Assembly (NCBI GenBank): GCA_964016885.1
Contig: OZ024741.1
Coordinates: 394,754,001-394,818,000 of the forward strand
Length of the DNA stretch: 64,000 nt
Direction of reading: 5' to 3'
Source: Eledone cirrhosa
Taxonomy: Eukaryota
The notes under the pieces are model-generated. The model saw nothing but the letters and a program-made list of their open reading frames with translations. It had not been told where the DNA came from and did no database searches. The position numbers were made by a program, and so were the translations under genes. Positions 1 to 12,700 of the stretch are shown piece by piece. Numbering within the stretch: the stretch's first letter is position 1; the number at the start of each line of letters is the position of its first letter.

Positions 1-280
1 TCTATTACTGAGTACCGCCAAAGGTCTCGGTCCAGTGACATTGTCTTGGAGAGGTGTAAGCGTGTGAGGTCGGAATTTATCATGTCGTCCCAGGTTTTTC
101 TGGGTCTGCCTACTCCGTGGCTACCGTCTATCTTTATTGCCCTGCACTTTGTTATACAGCTGTCGTCTTTCATGCGCATCACGTGACCGTACCAATGTAG
201 CCTTCTCTCGAGTAAACAACATCTGATCCCTCTTATTTCTAATTTTTTCCTTAGTTCGTTTATGCTTATCCGTTCACGTA
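1..280 (-). mobile_element. RTE-clade LINE, 3' end of the RT ORF (fragment running off the window)
   Basis: Near-identical reverse complement of 51003-51282 ([14 protein letters not shown]...GRPRKTW); abuts (TA)n. Confidence 0.85.
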
Positions 281-301
281 TATTACTATATATATATATA
301 T

Positions 302-490
302 ATCATCATCACTATTTAGCATCCATTTTTCCATGCTCATATGGGTTAGATGGGTCGTCCATGTTCGGAGACAAGTCTGGCCAGAATTGGCCACGCCGTA
401 CCTTGCTCCGATGGGAGTGTAAATTTGGTCGGGGATTTTACAGCTGGATGTCCTTCTTAACACCAACTACATTTACAGTGTGGGACTGGA
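302..490 (-). mobile_element. SINE / RTE 3'-UTR-derived repeat
   Basis: (CAT)n tail and core gctggatg.ccttc.taacaccaac.acatttacagtgtgg, recurring at 43660, 47845, 49500, 51500, 63350. Confidence 0.7.
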
Positions 491-1748
491 TGGTACTGTT
501 ATGAGGAGGGACAGGCCAGATGGCAGTGCTGAACCTATCTCACAGTGGAGCCAATGGTTTTGGAGCCCAGAACCAGATGGCACCACTATGAGGAAGGACA
601 GGCCATTTGGATGAGCAGAACCCATCTCACAATGGAACCATAGTTTTTGAGCCTGGTATTGGATGGCATTGTTATAAGGAGGAACAGGCCAGTTGGCAAG
701 GCTGAACCCCTCTCATAGGAGAACCACAGTTGTGGAACCTGGAACTGGGTGGCACCACTAAATGAGGAGGGACTGGCCAGTTGGCTGCGCCAAACCCTTC
801 TCGCAGCAGAACCATAGTTTGGGAACCGCAACCATGTTTAAGCACGGTACTGGATGGCACAGCGATGGGAAAGAACAGGTCAGTTGGTCGCATCAAACCC
901 TTCTTACAGTGGTACCACAGTTCAGGTATATTGCGGTGTGGACTGGATGGCACTGCTACGAGGAGGGACAGGCCAGTTGGTTGCGCCAAACCTATCTCAT
1001 GGTGGAATCATAGTTTTGGAGCCTGGTATTGGGTGGCACTGCTATGAGGAGAGACAGGCCAGTTGGCCATGCTGAGCCCCTCTCACAGTAGAACCACAGT
1101 TCAGGAGCCAGAAACTGGATGGCGCCACTAATGACGAGGGACAGGCCAGTAAGCCGTGCCGATCGCACTCACAGCAGAACCATTGCCGAAAGATTGTCAC
1201 AGTAGAACTATAGTTTGGGTGCCACAACCACATTTACAGTGTGGCACCACTGTCAGGAAGGACAGGCCATTTGGCCGCAATGAACCCCTCTCACTGCGGA
1301 AATGCAGTTCGGGAGCCTGGAACTGGATGGCATCGTTATGAGGAAGGACAGGCTTGTTCGTCACGCCGAACTCTTCACACAGTGGTCTCACATTTTCAGT
1401 GTGGCACCACTGTGAGGAAGGAAGGAAATTTGGCTGTGAAGAACTCTCCTCACTGCGGAACCAGTTTGGGAGCCTGGGACTGGATCCACTACGAGAAGGG
1501 GCAGGCCTGTTGGCTGTGCCAAACCAATGACACAGTGGAACCTTAGTTTGGATTTTGCATGGTACCACAATGATGAGGGACAAGCCAGTTGGCTGTGTCA
1601 AAGCCTTCTCACAGCAGAACCATATTTTGGGTGCTGCACTCAGTTTGCAGTGTGAGACTGGGTGGCACTGCTATGGGGAGGAACAGGCCAGTTGGCTGTG
1701 CCGAACCCTTCTCACAACAGTACCACAATTTGGGAGCCTGGGACTGGA
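487..1748. repeat. Degenerate tandem array of ~84-bp hairpin-forming units (array 1)
   Basis: Recurrent unit ~ggcaccactatgaggagggacaggccagttggctgtgccaaacccttctcacagtggaaccacagtttgggagcctggaactggat; roughly 14 diverged copies. Confidence 0.85.
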
Positions 1749-1879
1749 TATATATATATATGTATATATATATAGGGAATGTAACATTCAGTTACTGTAG
1801 GTTCACTCAAGTGAGCACTCGATGTGTAGTTTCCAGTCAGTAAAGAGGTGTAGAACCAAGCAGAGTGTAATTATAATAA

Positions 1880-3510
1880 TAAAAAGGTAGTGTCATTACC
1901 ACAGCAGAAGTCCAACGAGCTTTTGATTCCAGAGTCGGGCTAGATTGATACAAATTGAACCTTGAGCTGATCAATAGCGAAACACTTGGTTCCAAGAATT
2001 GCCTGATAAATGTAATACCCGTTTTCTGCAACTGGATATAGAAGACTACTACCCTTCTATCTCAGAGCCTCTACTGAAGGATGCACTTGCTTTTGCCAGG
2101 AACTTTACCACCATCACTGATGCTGAGCAGGATGTGATCCTCCACGCCTGCAAGATCTTTTTATACCACGAAGGGTCTTACTGGATTAATAAGAAGTCTG
2201 AGACTCCATTTAACGTCAGTATGGGAGCAAGTGACTCCGCAGAAGTTAGCAACCTGGTGGGCATGTATATCCTATACAACCTGAAGAATCATTTCACAGG
2301 CCTGACTGGAGGATTAATACCACGATAATGGCCTTTTTGCTTTGACAAGGTAAATCCCAGAACCACTGATGGGTTTTGGAAAAACTTATGCTCTTTCTTA
2401 CGTAATCTAGGTTTTAGAATAACCATAGAATCAAATATGACTAGGGCCAACTTTTTAGATGTCACTTTAGATTTAGATACTTCCCTCAATTACCCATACC
2501 ACAAACCTAATGAATCCCTTAGATACATAGATGTTAGTTTGAACCACCCCCAAAATATTACTGATAATTTAGTTAAAAGTGTCTCACTTAAAATTTCCAG
2601 TCTCTCAGCCAATGAAAACATGTTTAGTGCCTCTGCCCCTAATTACAATGAAGCCTTGCTCGCAGTGCCTTTAAAGAAAAGATTACCTATCTAGAAAACA
2701 CCCCAAGACCACTTAGGAGAAATAGGCATATGCAAATTAGTTGGTACAACCCTGCTTCAACAGAGAGTTATCTACACCAATAGCTAGGACTTTCTTCAAA
2801 TTTCTGAATATACACTTCCCAACACAACATAGGTACTACACTATTTTTAATAAGAATATGATAAGACTCTCCTATTCCACTACACCTAACTTAGCTAGGA
2901 ATATAGCTAACCTCAACAATGCTAAATTAAATAAGCCTACTACCTCCAAAACCCACCCATGGACGGGAACATTGTGCAACTGCCACAATAAGGAAGTGTG
3001 TCCACTCAAAAACAGATGCCTGATGAATGACATCGTATATAAATGCAATGTCATCTCAGGTATTGACAACAACAAAAAAATATATATCGGAATGACATCC
3101 AATAAATTTAAGACCCGGTGGTATACCCATAACCACTTGTTCAGAAGACCAGACAAATCTAACCAAACAACACTCACCTCCTATGTCTGGAACCTCAAGA
3201 GGAACTCCACTCTCTTCATGTTCAAATGGAAATTACTCCAGAAAGCGCGCTCATACATAGGTGGACACAAGTGTTGCGACCTTTGTATTTCGGAGAGCTA
3301 TGAAATACTATTTGCCAAGGGCCCGACACTGAACAAACTCTCTGAACACTGCCCGAACTGCATATACAAAAACTATGCAACATATAAATCCTGCAAACCA
3401 GTTCTTCCCCCATAACGATAGTTTAAAAAAACACCTCACTTGACATAATATCCCCTCCCTCACTATCCCACCCTACCCCCTATACCCTCTTTCGGTATGC
3501 CTCACAGTAT
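1880..3510 (+). mobile_element. Penelope-like retroelement, 5'-truncated and frameshifted (RT + GIY-YIG endonuclease)
   Basis: ORFs 1999-2328 (FLQLDIEDYYPSI, MGASDSAEV), 2437-2694 (NFLDVTLDL, YHKPN), 2741-3415 (CNC..CPL, IVYKC, YIGMT..FKTRW, CDLCISE). Confidence 0.92.
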
Positions 3511-3564
3511 TGAGGTTCTGTAAATACTCTTTACCTACTTGTATAATCATACTTGCATCTATGA

Positions 3565-3692
3565 GAATGTGTGTGTATGCTTGTATGTACGTATGTGTGT
3601 GTATGCATTTGCATGTATATATATATATGTGTGTGTGTGTGTATATTTGTATATATGTGTGTGAGTGTGTGTGTGTATATATATATATATAC

Positions 3693-3740
<48 letters not shown>

Positions 3741-3792
3741 GTATGTATATGGATATATTTACATATATTTACACACACATATATATATGTAT
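3565..3792. repeat. (TG)n/(TA)n compound microsatellite
   Basis: Directly visible; accounts for the YI/VC-rich ORFs at 3473-3831. Confidence 0.95.
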
Positions 3793-4097
3793 ATAAATAG
3801 GCATCCCAGACCCGGCCCGAACCGGCATTAGTAAAGCAGCACCCACAAAATAATAAATAGGCATCCCAGACCCGGCCCGAACCAGCATTAGTAAAGCAGC
3901 ACCCACAAAATAATAAATAGGCATCCCAGACCCGGCCCGAACCGGCATTAGTAAAGCAGCACCCACAAAATAATAAATAGGCATCCCAGACCCGGCCCGA
4001 ACCGGCATTAGTAAAGCAGCACCCACAAAATAATAAATAGGCATCCCAGACCCGGCTCGAACCGGCATTAGTAAAGCAGCACCCACAAAATAATAAC
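3793..4097. repeat. 60-bp tandem repeat, 5 near-identical copies
   Basis: Unit ataaataggcatcccagacccggcccgaaccggcattagtaaagcagcacccacaaaata; only two substitutions seen across copies. Confidence 0.97.
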
Positions 4098-4723
4098 GCA
4101 AAAAATCATCATGTGAACGGGTAAAAAAGCCAGTGGGACAAGATTATTCAAGCACCGGCCTGAGTTACTCCCCTTGCTCTGCGGCAATAACACATGTACT
4201 TAAGCAAAGAATGAACTCTAATGTAAATTTAACCTTAAAACCCCTCCTGGGTCGCGTACTGATCATTTTTTTGTTTTCTATGCCCTTGAGAAGAACGTTC
4301 TGGGCGAAACATACGTAGGTGTATTGTTATATAAACATGTTTTAATGGTATATACTCCTTTGTATTCATTTCTTTTATATATATGTATATGTATATATGT
4401 ATAGCTGGATTTGGGACAGGGCGTCGGCTGCTACGTTGTCTGATCCCTTGATATGCCGAATATCAGTTGAATATTGGGATACAAAATCCAGGTGTCGGAG
4501 TTCTCATGGTGAATGTCGATCAGGTTTGGTACGGAACGCATAAACTAGTGGTTTATGGTCCGTGTAGATCACGAAATCTGATCCTTCGAGCATGTGCCGA
4601 AAATGCTTAACCGAAAGATAAGTTTGCCAAGAGTTCGCGGCCAAAGGTACTGTATTTCGTTTCTGCCGGTTGCAACCGCTTAGAAAAGAAGGATAAGGGT
4701 TGCCACACGCCGTCGACATGTTG

Positions 4724-5959
4724 TTATAAAACGCCTCCAAACCCCGTGTCTGATGCGTCCACTAGCAGCGAAAGAGGAGCGCCAGACCTGAGGAAAACGA
4801 GCATGGAAGCGTTTGACAACATTTCCTTTAGGCGGTTAAAAGATGTTAATTCTTCCTCGTTTAGAGTGATCTCTTCGTTTTTGCGAGTCCGGTTACGAAG
4901 AAGGTCCGTGAGGAGTCTGGCTGCGTCGGAACAATGAGGGATAAAACGCCTATAAAAATTCACCAGACCGAGGAATTCACGCAGTTTCCGAAGTGATGTA
5001 GGTGCGGGAAAACTGCGGATAGCTTCTACTTTCTCGGGAAGTGGACGAATGCCGTCTTTATCGATGATGTGCCCGAGAAAGGACAGTGAAGGAACGCTGA
5101 GAAGGCACTTGCTGGGTTTGATGATGATACAGTACTCAGCCAAACGTTGGAAAAGGAGATCTAAGTGCTTCTCGTGTTCTTGCTCGGAAGTACTTGCTAC
5201 CAGCACGTCGTCAATATACGCGTATACAAAGGGTAGATCATGTAAGATGGTGTCAATAAACCGCTGAAAAGTTTGTGCAGCGTTGCGCAGACTGAACGGC
5301 ATTCGCAGAAATTCGAATAAACCGAACGGTGTTGTGATTACGGTCTTCGGAATATCTGCAGGCTCCATAGGTATCTGGTTATATGCACGCACCAAATCTA
5401 CCTTGGAAAAGATGCGTGCGCCTTGCAGAGAGGCAGAACAATCGTGCAGGTGAGGTACAGGGTAATTATCGGGCACTGTAGAATTGTTAAGTGCACGATA
5501 ATCCCCATATGGTCGCCAATCATTCTCGTTTTTTTGGGGAACAAGGTGTAGGGGTGCAGACCAGTTGCTGGAGGAAGGGCGAATGATTCCGAGGTCCAGC
5601 ATGTGTTGGAACTCCTGTTTGGCAATTCTCAATCGGTCTGGAGGCAGTCTCCTTGGTCGGGCAGCTGTGGGTGGTCCCTTTGTCTCGAAGTGGTGCGTGA
5701 CACTATGCTTAATGGGACCATCCTTAAATACCGGGCGAGTGATGTCTGGGTATTTCTGGAGATTGCCGTTGTACCGCGAAGGCTCTGACTGGCACATTAC
5801 AGGGCTCACTGTGGATTGCATCGTAAATATACCTCTCACAGTGAGGTTTGTGGTGGTGTCGATAAGCCTCCGGTTCTTCATATCCACCAGAAGGTTGAAG
5901 TGGTGGAGAAAATAGGCTCCTAGGATCGGGTCGGCAGGTCTGTCACGACGAACACCCAT
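4724..5959 (-). pseudogene. Gypsy pol fragment (end of protease, RT, start of RNase H); frameshifted at both ends
   Basis: ORF contains [41 protein letters not shown]. Confidence 0.9.
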
Positions 5960-6363
5960 TGAAAACGCCGCCTCAGGCCTAAATTGAGGGTCAGAGACTT
6001 CTCCCCGAAAGTCGGAATTGACGATTGATTCACTGCCTGCAGAAAGGATGGGGTTGGGTGTCTTTTTCCCGAGATCAGTGAAACCGGAATAACACTGACC
6101 TGGGCTCCTGTATCCACGAGGTATTGGATGCCTGTCGCCTGGTCGTTAATAAAAAATAGACGACTTTGTGAAAAGGCCTGGATCGACTGTTGCTGCGTCG
6201 CCGGTGTGTTTGAAAGGTCAAGTTCTCTACTTGATTTGAAAGGGCTTTAATTTGACCAGCCCGCTCTCTGATCATAGCCCGCAGCTCTGAAATCTCGGCC
6301 TCTGTCGTTTGTGACATGTCCATGTTGATATTTTCTTAGGTGTTGTCTGGTTGCGCGTTCGAC

Positions 6364-6380
6364 TCACGTTCGGGTCACCA
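6364..6380 (-). other. Primer-binding site complementary to the tRNA-Trp 3' end
   Basis: Minus strand TGGTGACCCGAACGTGA, 2 nt after the LTR CA; resembles the complement of tRNA-Trp ...UCACGUCGGGGUCACCA (about 2 mismatches, tRNA sequence from memory). Confidence 0.75.
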
Positions 6381-6916
6381 ATTGTGGCGACGTGGTTAGT
6401 CAGTCTAGTCACTACTTCTGATCAGATCCGAGAATAGTCCTTAGAAGGACTCTTATCGCATACGGTCTGATCAGATATGAAGATAGCCCTTAAAAGGACT
6501 GTTGTCGCATATAGCCCTTAAAAGAACTGTTGAAGATGGACAGACGAAAGCACAAGTTGAAAGGACGAAGCAAGGCGAGATGTAAATTCGATCAGCTATT
6601 TATTTTCACATGAATCGGCGATACGGGGTACAAGGCGTGTGAGTGACAAAGCGTGGCAGAGTAAAGGAACAACGATGCGCTAGCTGACTCTGCCAAAAGT
6701 CGACTGGCGAAGTGTTGGAAACCACTCTATTTATACAGGAACAATCGTGTTGTTTAGTCGATGTGTAGGCGTTTATTCTGGTAGGTTCTAAGGGTTCTTT
6801 TGTTTCACGTTGAAGTAGCTAGCGAACAGGTAGATGGCACTGTATATTTCACAGATGTTATTTCCGGTGGCTGTACATATGTATGTGAATGTATATGCAC
6901 ATATATATATATATAT

Positions 6917-7572
6917 TCGTAGAACACTGGAGGGATACTCCTGTGCTAAGAATATGAAGGTCCACATCACCATCAACCCTAAGAGCACAACCCTACCAGG
7001 ATGCTCTTGCCGAAGCCCTGAAGCTTGTCCCCTTCAACAACCGTGCAACACACCCGCTATAATTTACAAAGTTGTAGTCACTTCTAACCGACCAAATCAA
7101 CAAGAGATCAAATCCTATGTAGGTATGGCGGAGGGCCGATTTAAAGAACGCTTTCCGAATCATTTGTCAAAATTCAGACACCTGAAGAAACAATCATCCA
7201 CGAAGCTCACAAGCCACATATGGTCCCTCAAGATGCAGGCGTGGATTACTCCATTCAATTGAAAGTTATTACTAAGTAAGCCATATGGAAATGGGAATCT
7301 GTTTTGTGGGCTATCCACACGTTTCGAAACACCTATTATGTAATTTCAAAGCCCCAGATTGACTCTCCGACGTAATCACTGGACTTAATAACATGAATAA
7401 TCTATTATATTCTAAGTTTTCACAGTCGTCACCCGCCATTGCTCTAACATGAGTTGCCTTCCCTTTGGGAAGTAACTTCTGCACATGCGTATTCGTATAA
7501 TTGTTTTTCCTTCTCCGTATAATCTCATTTAAACCGAGCTGATGATCTGTCTAAGGTGAAACAATTGTTCTC
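6917..7572 (+). mobile_element. Penelope-like 3' fragment (GIY-YIG domain + pLTR)
   Basis: CSCRSPEACPL, IIYKV, YVGMAEGRFKERF in ORF 6834-7262; hammerhead motif at the 3' end. Confidence 0.85.
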
Positions 7573-7574
7573 AG
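7534..7574 (+). ncRNA. Minimal type-I hammerhead ribozyme motif
   Basis: gag-CTGATGA-tctgtctaaggt-GAAAC-aatt-GTT-ctc; palindromic loop III; weak stem II. Confidence 0.6.
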
Positions 7575-8945
7575 CAACTATCCCCGACAGTCCAGTGGCC
7601 TTACAATTTTTCATTTCCTTAATTGCCTCTTTGACTTTATAGTCGTCAACCTCAATAGCTCTGGTCCCTCTCTTGGGGGTAGTTTCTCTCTCTATCATTC
7701 ATTTTCAACAGTCACCAGTCTCTCATAATGACATTTCCAGGCCTCCTTTTTCTGATCATTCGTGACACTAAGTACACCGGCATCATTCCGAACACACTTA
7801 TCTCCAACAACATCCTGATTTACACTGACACTGCGTTGCAATGCAGAACACCTCACGTCTCTGATCCTCTTGTTGCAGAACATTGGCAAACCTACTCTCA
7901 GCTTCCCTGCGTGGTAAGTATACCTGATGTCTAGCATCTCTTTTAAGCAGCTGAGTATTGGTCTCTACTCCCCCATTTTTACAATTCTTCCATGCTTGTC
8001 TTTTGCCTTTAATGGCTCTATCTCCCATGCTCTTTCACCACCGAGTCACCCTCTGTCTGGTTGGAGCTTTGTTCCAGCCACAAGTCTCTTGCATGCAGTA
8101 GGTTGTCGCGTAAGAACTTCCAGTTATCTTCTATATCATATAATTCTAATTCATCTTCTTTCTCAACATACACATCTTGAAGAGCTTTCCTAAATTTATA
8201 TTTAAGTTAATGGTCCTTTAGCTTCCAGACCTTCCTTTTCCATACCTTCCTGTATATCTCATTTTGTCTCTTGCTTATTGAGATGTCACTAACGACTAAC
8301 CTATGTTGGGGGTGCATTCTTCCCCAGGGTATGTCTTAGTATTCAAAATCATCTGTCTGCCTCGTTGCCTGATTGGTAGGTTATTAGGTGATTGGCTGAT
8401 TGGTAAGTTATTAGGTGATTGGCAGGTTTCCTGAAGTTAGAGTTGCAAATGGCTAGTGCACTTGCATCACAAAATTCAAGAAGCCTCACTCATTTTTGTT
8501 ACTTGAGCCATGACCATAACAAACATGTACCCCAATGTATCCATCCTGGAGTTGTCCTACATGACCATTGAACTCACCTGCTAGTATGACTAGGTCTCTG
8601 TCCTCTGTCACTATGCTTGTCTGTAGAAGTTGCTCGTAAAAGCAGACCTTCTCTTCATTACCTAGGCCCACTTGGGGAGCATAGGTAGAGATAATTGTCA
8701 GCAGTCTATTGCCTACAACTAATTTAATCTTAATGATTTTATTACTTACTCTAACTACCTCTATTGTCTTGTTAATCCACTTCTTAATCGTTTCCTACTC
8801 AGAAAAGCTTATAGCTAAGCTGTTTGCCTGCGATTAGTTTCACTGAGGCACCTCCCCATCTCACCTCTTGCACGCAGCACACATTCACATGTCTTCTTTC
8901 AAGCATCTCCACTATCTCACCAGATTTACCTCTCAGAGAGCCAAC
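7569..8945 (-). mobile_element. RTE LINE fragment (APE endonuclease and linker), degraded
   Basis: Minus strand: GSLRGKSGEIVEMLERRHVNVCCVQE, ILAGEFNGHVG, KKEAWKCHYERL. Confidence 0.85.
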
Positions 8946-9739
8946 AATATATATATATATTTACACACACATACAAATATAATTGAAAATTCAATAAGAC
9001 CAAGGATTAGTATTATTATTATTTATTGATACATCTATGGTCGTATCAATGTGACTCGGATATTTCATCAATTGTGGAGAAAAAAACAGATATTATCAGT
9101 TAAGTTACTCTATTAAAGGTGCTTTACTCTAAGCCATATCTTTTCAGGAAATATAATTTTTTAAAAATAACAATAATTTGTTTAAAATCATACGACAAAT
9201 TATCAAGAATTCAAAGTATAAAAGCAAAGGCATAAGCTTGTGAATATACTTTTTAGATATGCAAAAATAAAGAGTTATGGGTGTTTATTACAAACATGTT
9301 AAAATACATTAAAGCTGTTAATTGGTTATAACAGGAGTTGTTAGAAAGGAAATTTTCATGAGATAATTTTAACATTGAAAGATGTGAAAAATATGAAGAT
9401 GTTTAGAAGATATTTCGTTAGTTAGAAACTCATACAAAATGTGAAATAATATTGTCTTAATGCAGTAAAAAAATGTTTAGGATATGTATCTTAGAAAGCA
9501 TATTACCTATTATTTTCCTAATCAGGTTTTAATGAAAACATTACATAATACGTTCTATTCATTTCAAATATTTTTCGTTTCGAATAGCATTATTAACTGG
9601 TGTTATTTCAATTTAGGTTCCTTATTTAAACATTTTTAATGGTGTATGTTAAGTATTTTTTATTACATATGAATATATTTTATATATTTCTTACTTTTAA
9701 AGTAAACATTTATGATTTAGTACATAGTTAAGTTAAAAC

Positions 9740-12700
9740 TATTTTAATATGTCAACACACAAGAATATACCAATACCAACTCAGGATTCTTACTGCATGC
9801 TTTTGATTGGCAGTGTCAATTCACTCGTCAGAAGATTAAAATGGTGAAACACCAAAGGACAGAAGGATCAAGAGCCCACTAATTTTTATCAGTTTAAAAC
9901 ACATAAAAGTTCTCCACACAATACATTGATGGATAATTTCGAAAATGAACTAATTAACATAAGAAATCTAACTCTCATATGAACAATTTCTTGAAGTATC
10001 TCAACTCTAATATAAACAAACTTAAAAAACATAAAAACTTATTTGTATTAGCTGGTAAAATAGAAAATGTGTATAGTGTAGACTTAACCACATATAAAGA
10101 GCTGTATAAGAACTACAAAAAAAAACTTTATAGAATAAATAAAGACATAAATCTCATAGCTAACAGACTCAACCTTGAGAGACGTACTGAAACTTATACC
10201 CACAAAACACCCAGATTTACTCTTAAGGACCATAAGGTAGATTTTAATAATAACCCCTCAATTAGGCTAATTCGCCCTTCCACATTTGACATAGGTACGA
10301 TCAGCAAAGAAACCTACATTAAATTTATTGAAAAACACAACCAAAGTGTTAGACTGGTTTACCAACCTCCAATATAAGAATAAATTAAACTTCTTACAAT
10401 TTGACATAGACTTATACTACTCTTCTATATCTCCTAATCTTTTAAACAGGGCCTTAATTGTGATTTAACTAGAGCTGAAATCGATATAATACTTACAGCT
10501 AAAAAAACCATAATAGAAATCGATGGTAACTATTGGACCCCGCCAAAATAAAACGCCCTAATAATTTCGACATCACTATGGGTTCAAGTGACTCAGCACA
10601 AGTCACTGACTTAGTAGGTATTTTCTTACTAACTAAGCTTAACCCTTTAGCATTCGCATTAATTTTCAAATGTCATGCTTATCTGTTCAAATTATTTTGA
10701 GTTAATCATACTCAAGAGGGTTATCAATTTTATTTGTTTGTAATTTTCTTAATTTTCTATGTGCAGACTTGAAATTTTGTCAGTAGATGTTTAAATATCA
10801 ATAATTTACAATTATATAATTTAACCTGATTTTTTGGTTAAATTTGACTTTTATGGGCAGGTGAAATTAATTAATAGGGGCATTTGAAGTATCAACCAGG
10901 TGCAAATACTGGTTTAATTTTAAATACGTTGTTTTCGGCATAATACTTGATATATAAGGATCACTAAACCTTATATCAGTGCTCCAGTAATTCCAGTCTT
11001 GGAAATTGTTTTATACTGAACATAATATTTATGGTAAAAAATGCTTGCATTTCCACAGCCAAACAGATCGGGTTTTCCTCGATTTGAAATCTGTTGTTGG
11101 GCATATCGATTAATCTCTTCTGCCACAACTTCAAAGAAAGTTTGAGGTAAAAACAAAAAGAAATAATCCAGTGCTTTAGCATCGGGAGCTAATGTGTGTT
11201 GTGGACCAGTATTTTGAATAAAATTGGGAACATATATTGGTGTGGTATTTTTCAACCACGTTGCTGTAATATTTTCAATGGCTTCCTGGAGATTTCCTTC
11301 GTTTTCACTTTCAAAACAACAATCATCATTGGATGAAATTTCAGAAATGTAAACATCTGATTCATTTGACAATAAATCATTAATATCATCTTTTGTTTTT
11401 TGTTCATTTTGAATGTTGTTGTGTGTAAAACCTTCAAAGTTGGTATTGCTACTTTCACAAGCCATGTTGATACACAAAAAATCTGTTCTACTTTCGTTAA
11501 AAAAACACGTGTTGTTTTTTAAGTTGTTTCACTATATTATGTGTTAATTTTCACGGTAAGGGCCTAATCTCACAGTAATCTCGAATTGACGAGATTTTGA
11601 TGACAGTATTATTTATTTTTAGAATGATATTTTAGTGTTATCGGCCGGTTTCGGGCAGTTTGAACAAATGAAGGGGAAATAATTTCGGCCAGTTTGAGGC
11701 AGTTTGAACACTAAAGGGTTAAAAGCATTTTCCCCAAATTCAAAAGGGGATTATATCGGAATGACGCCCTTTTCCCCATCAACAGAAATAAGAGAAATCT
11801 TGAGCTAACCAAAAAATGTCTTCATAAATTTTTTGAATACAACTTAAAAATCACAATAGATACTAATAATAAAATAGTGAATTTTCTTGATGTTAAGTTA
11901 AACTTAGAATCTGGTTTATATAAACTGTTCCATAAACCAGGTGAACACTTATTCTACCTAAATAGACTCTCTAACCATCCCAAATCAATACTAAACTCTA
12001 TAGTCAATAACATTTCCACCCATATTTCTAAATCGTCCTCTAACCAGGATATATTCAACCAGAGTGCTCAATACTATAATGAGGCATTAAACAGATCAAG
12101 TTATAGTGACAAAATAACATATATTGAAAACGCCCATATGAACAGAACTCGTATATAATTTTACATAAAATGACGATTCAAAGGCATAACTTAAGCAGTA
12201 ATAGAATTAATAAACCTGATAATCACTATAAACCATGAGGAAATAGTAATGGAAATTATAAATGGGCGAACGAACACCCACCTACAGAATTTAAGAGCAA
12301 AAAAACACAAAATAACCACATAGAGGATCATATAAGTACATATAACAATACATGTAATAGAAATAAATGAAAAAAGGAAAATCTCAACATTAATAACAAT
12401 ATAATTAACACTGAAATCCTAAATAGACGTTCATGCAACCAGAAGTATAAATCAAGAACTAATATAAATATTAATGTCCTTAATGACACCATAATAAACC
12501 TAAATCAAACTATACACAAGTAAGGACTCCTAAACCAAATCGCAGAAAACCCACTACATGATTCAACCTTCCTTTTAACAAGAACTTAGCCACCAACATA
12601 CCTAGAGTATTTTTAAATATCTTAGAGAAAAACTTCCCACCAACGCACTGCCATCATTCAATCATTAATATAAATCTCATACTCTACTACCCCTAATATA

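Larger units (their letters stand above)
4403..6877 (-). mobile_element. Gypsy LTR retrotransposon: one 5' LTR, gag largely deleted, PR-RT-RNase H, truncated before integrase
   Basis: [10 protein letters not shown] protease (5920-6117); RT YIDDVL; RNase H VDASD...YTDHKPL...DNVAADALS; LTR ~6383-6877 ending in CA next to the PBS. Confidence 0.9.

Noticed and set aside
487-1748. CRISPR-like repeat-spacer array
   Set aside because: Linkers are homologous to one another, repeats are degenerate, context is eukaryotic and there are no cas genes.
3473-4101. ORFs rich in YI/VC or repeating MPIYYFVGAALL
   Set aside because: Translations of microsatellite and the 60-bp repeat.
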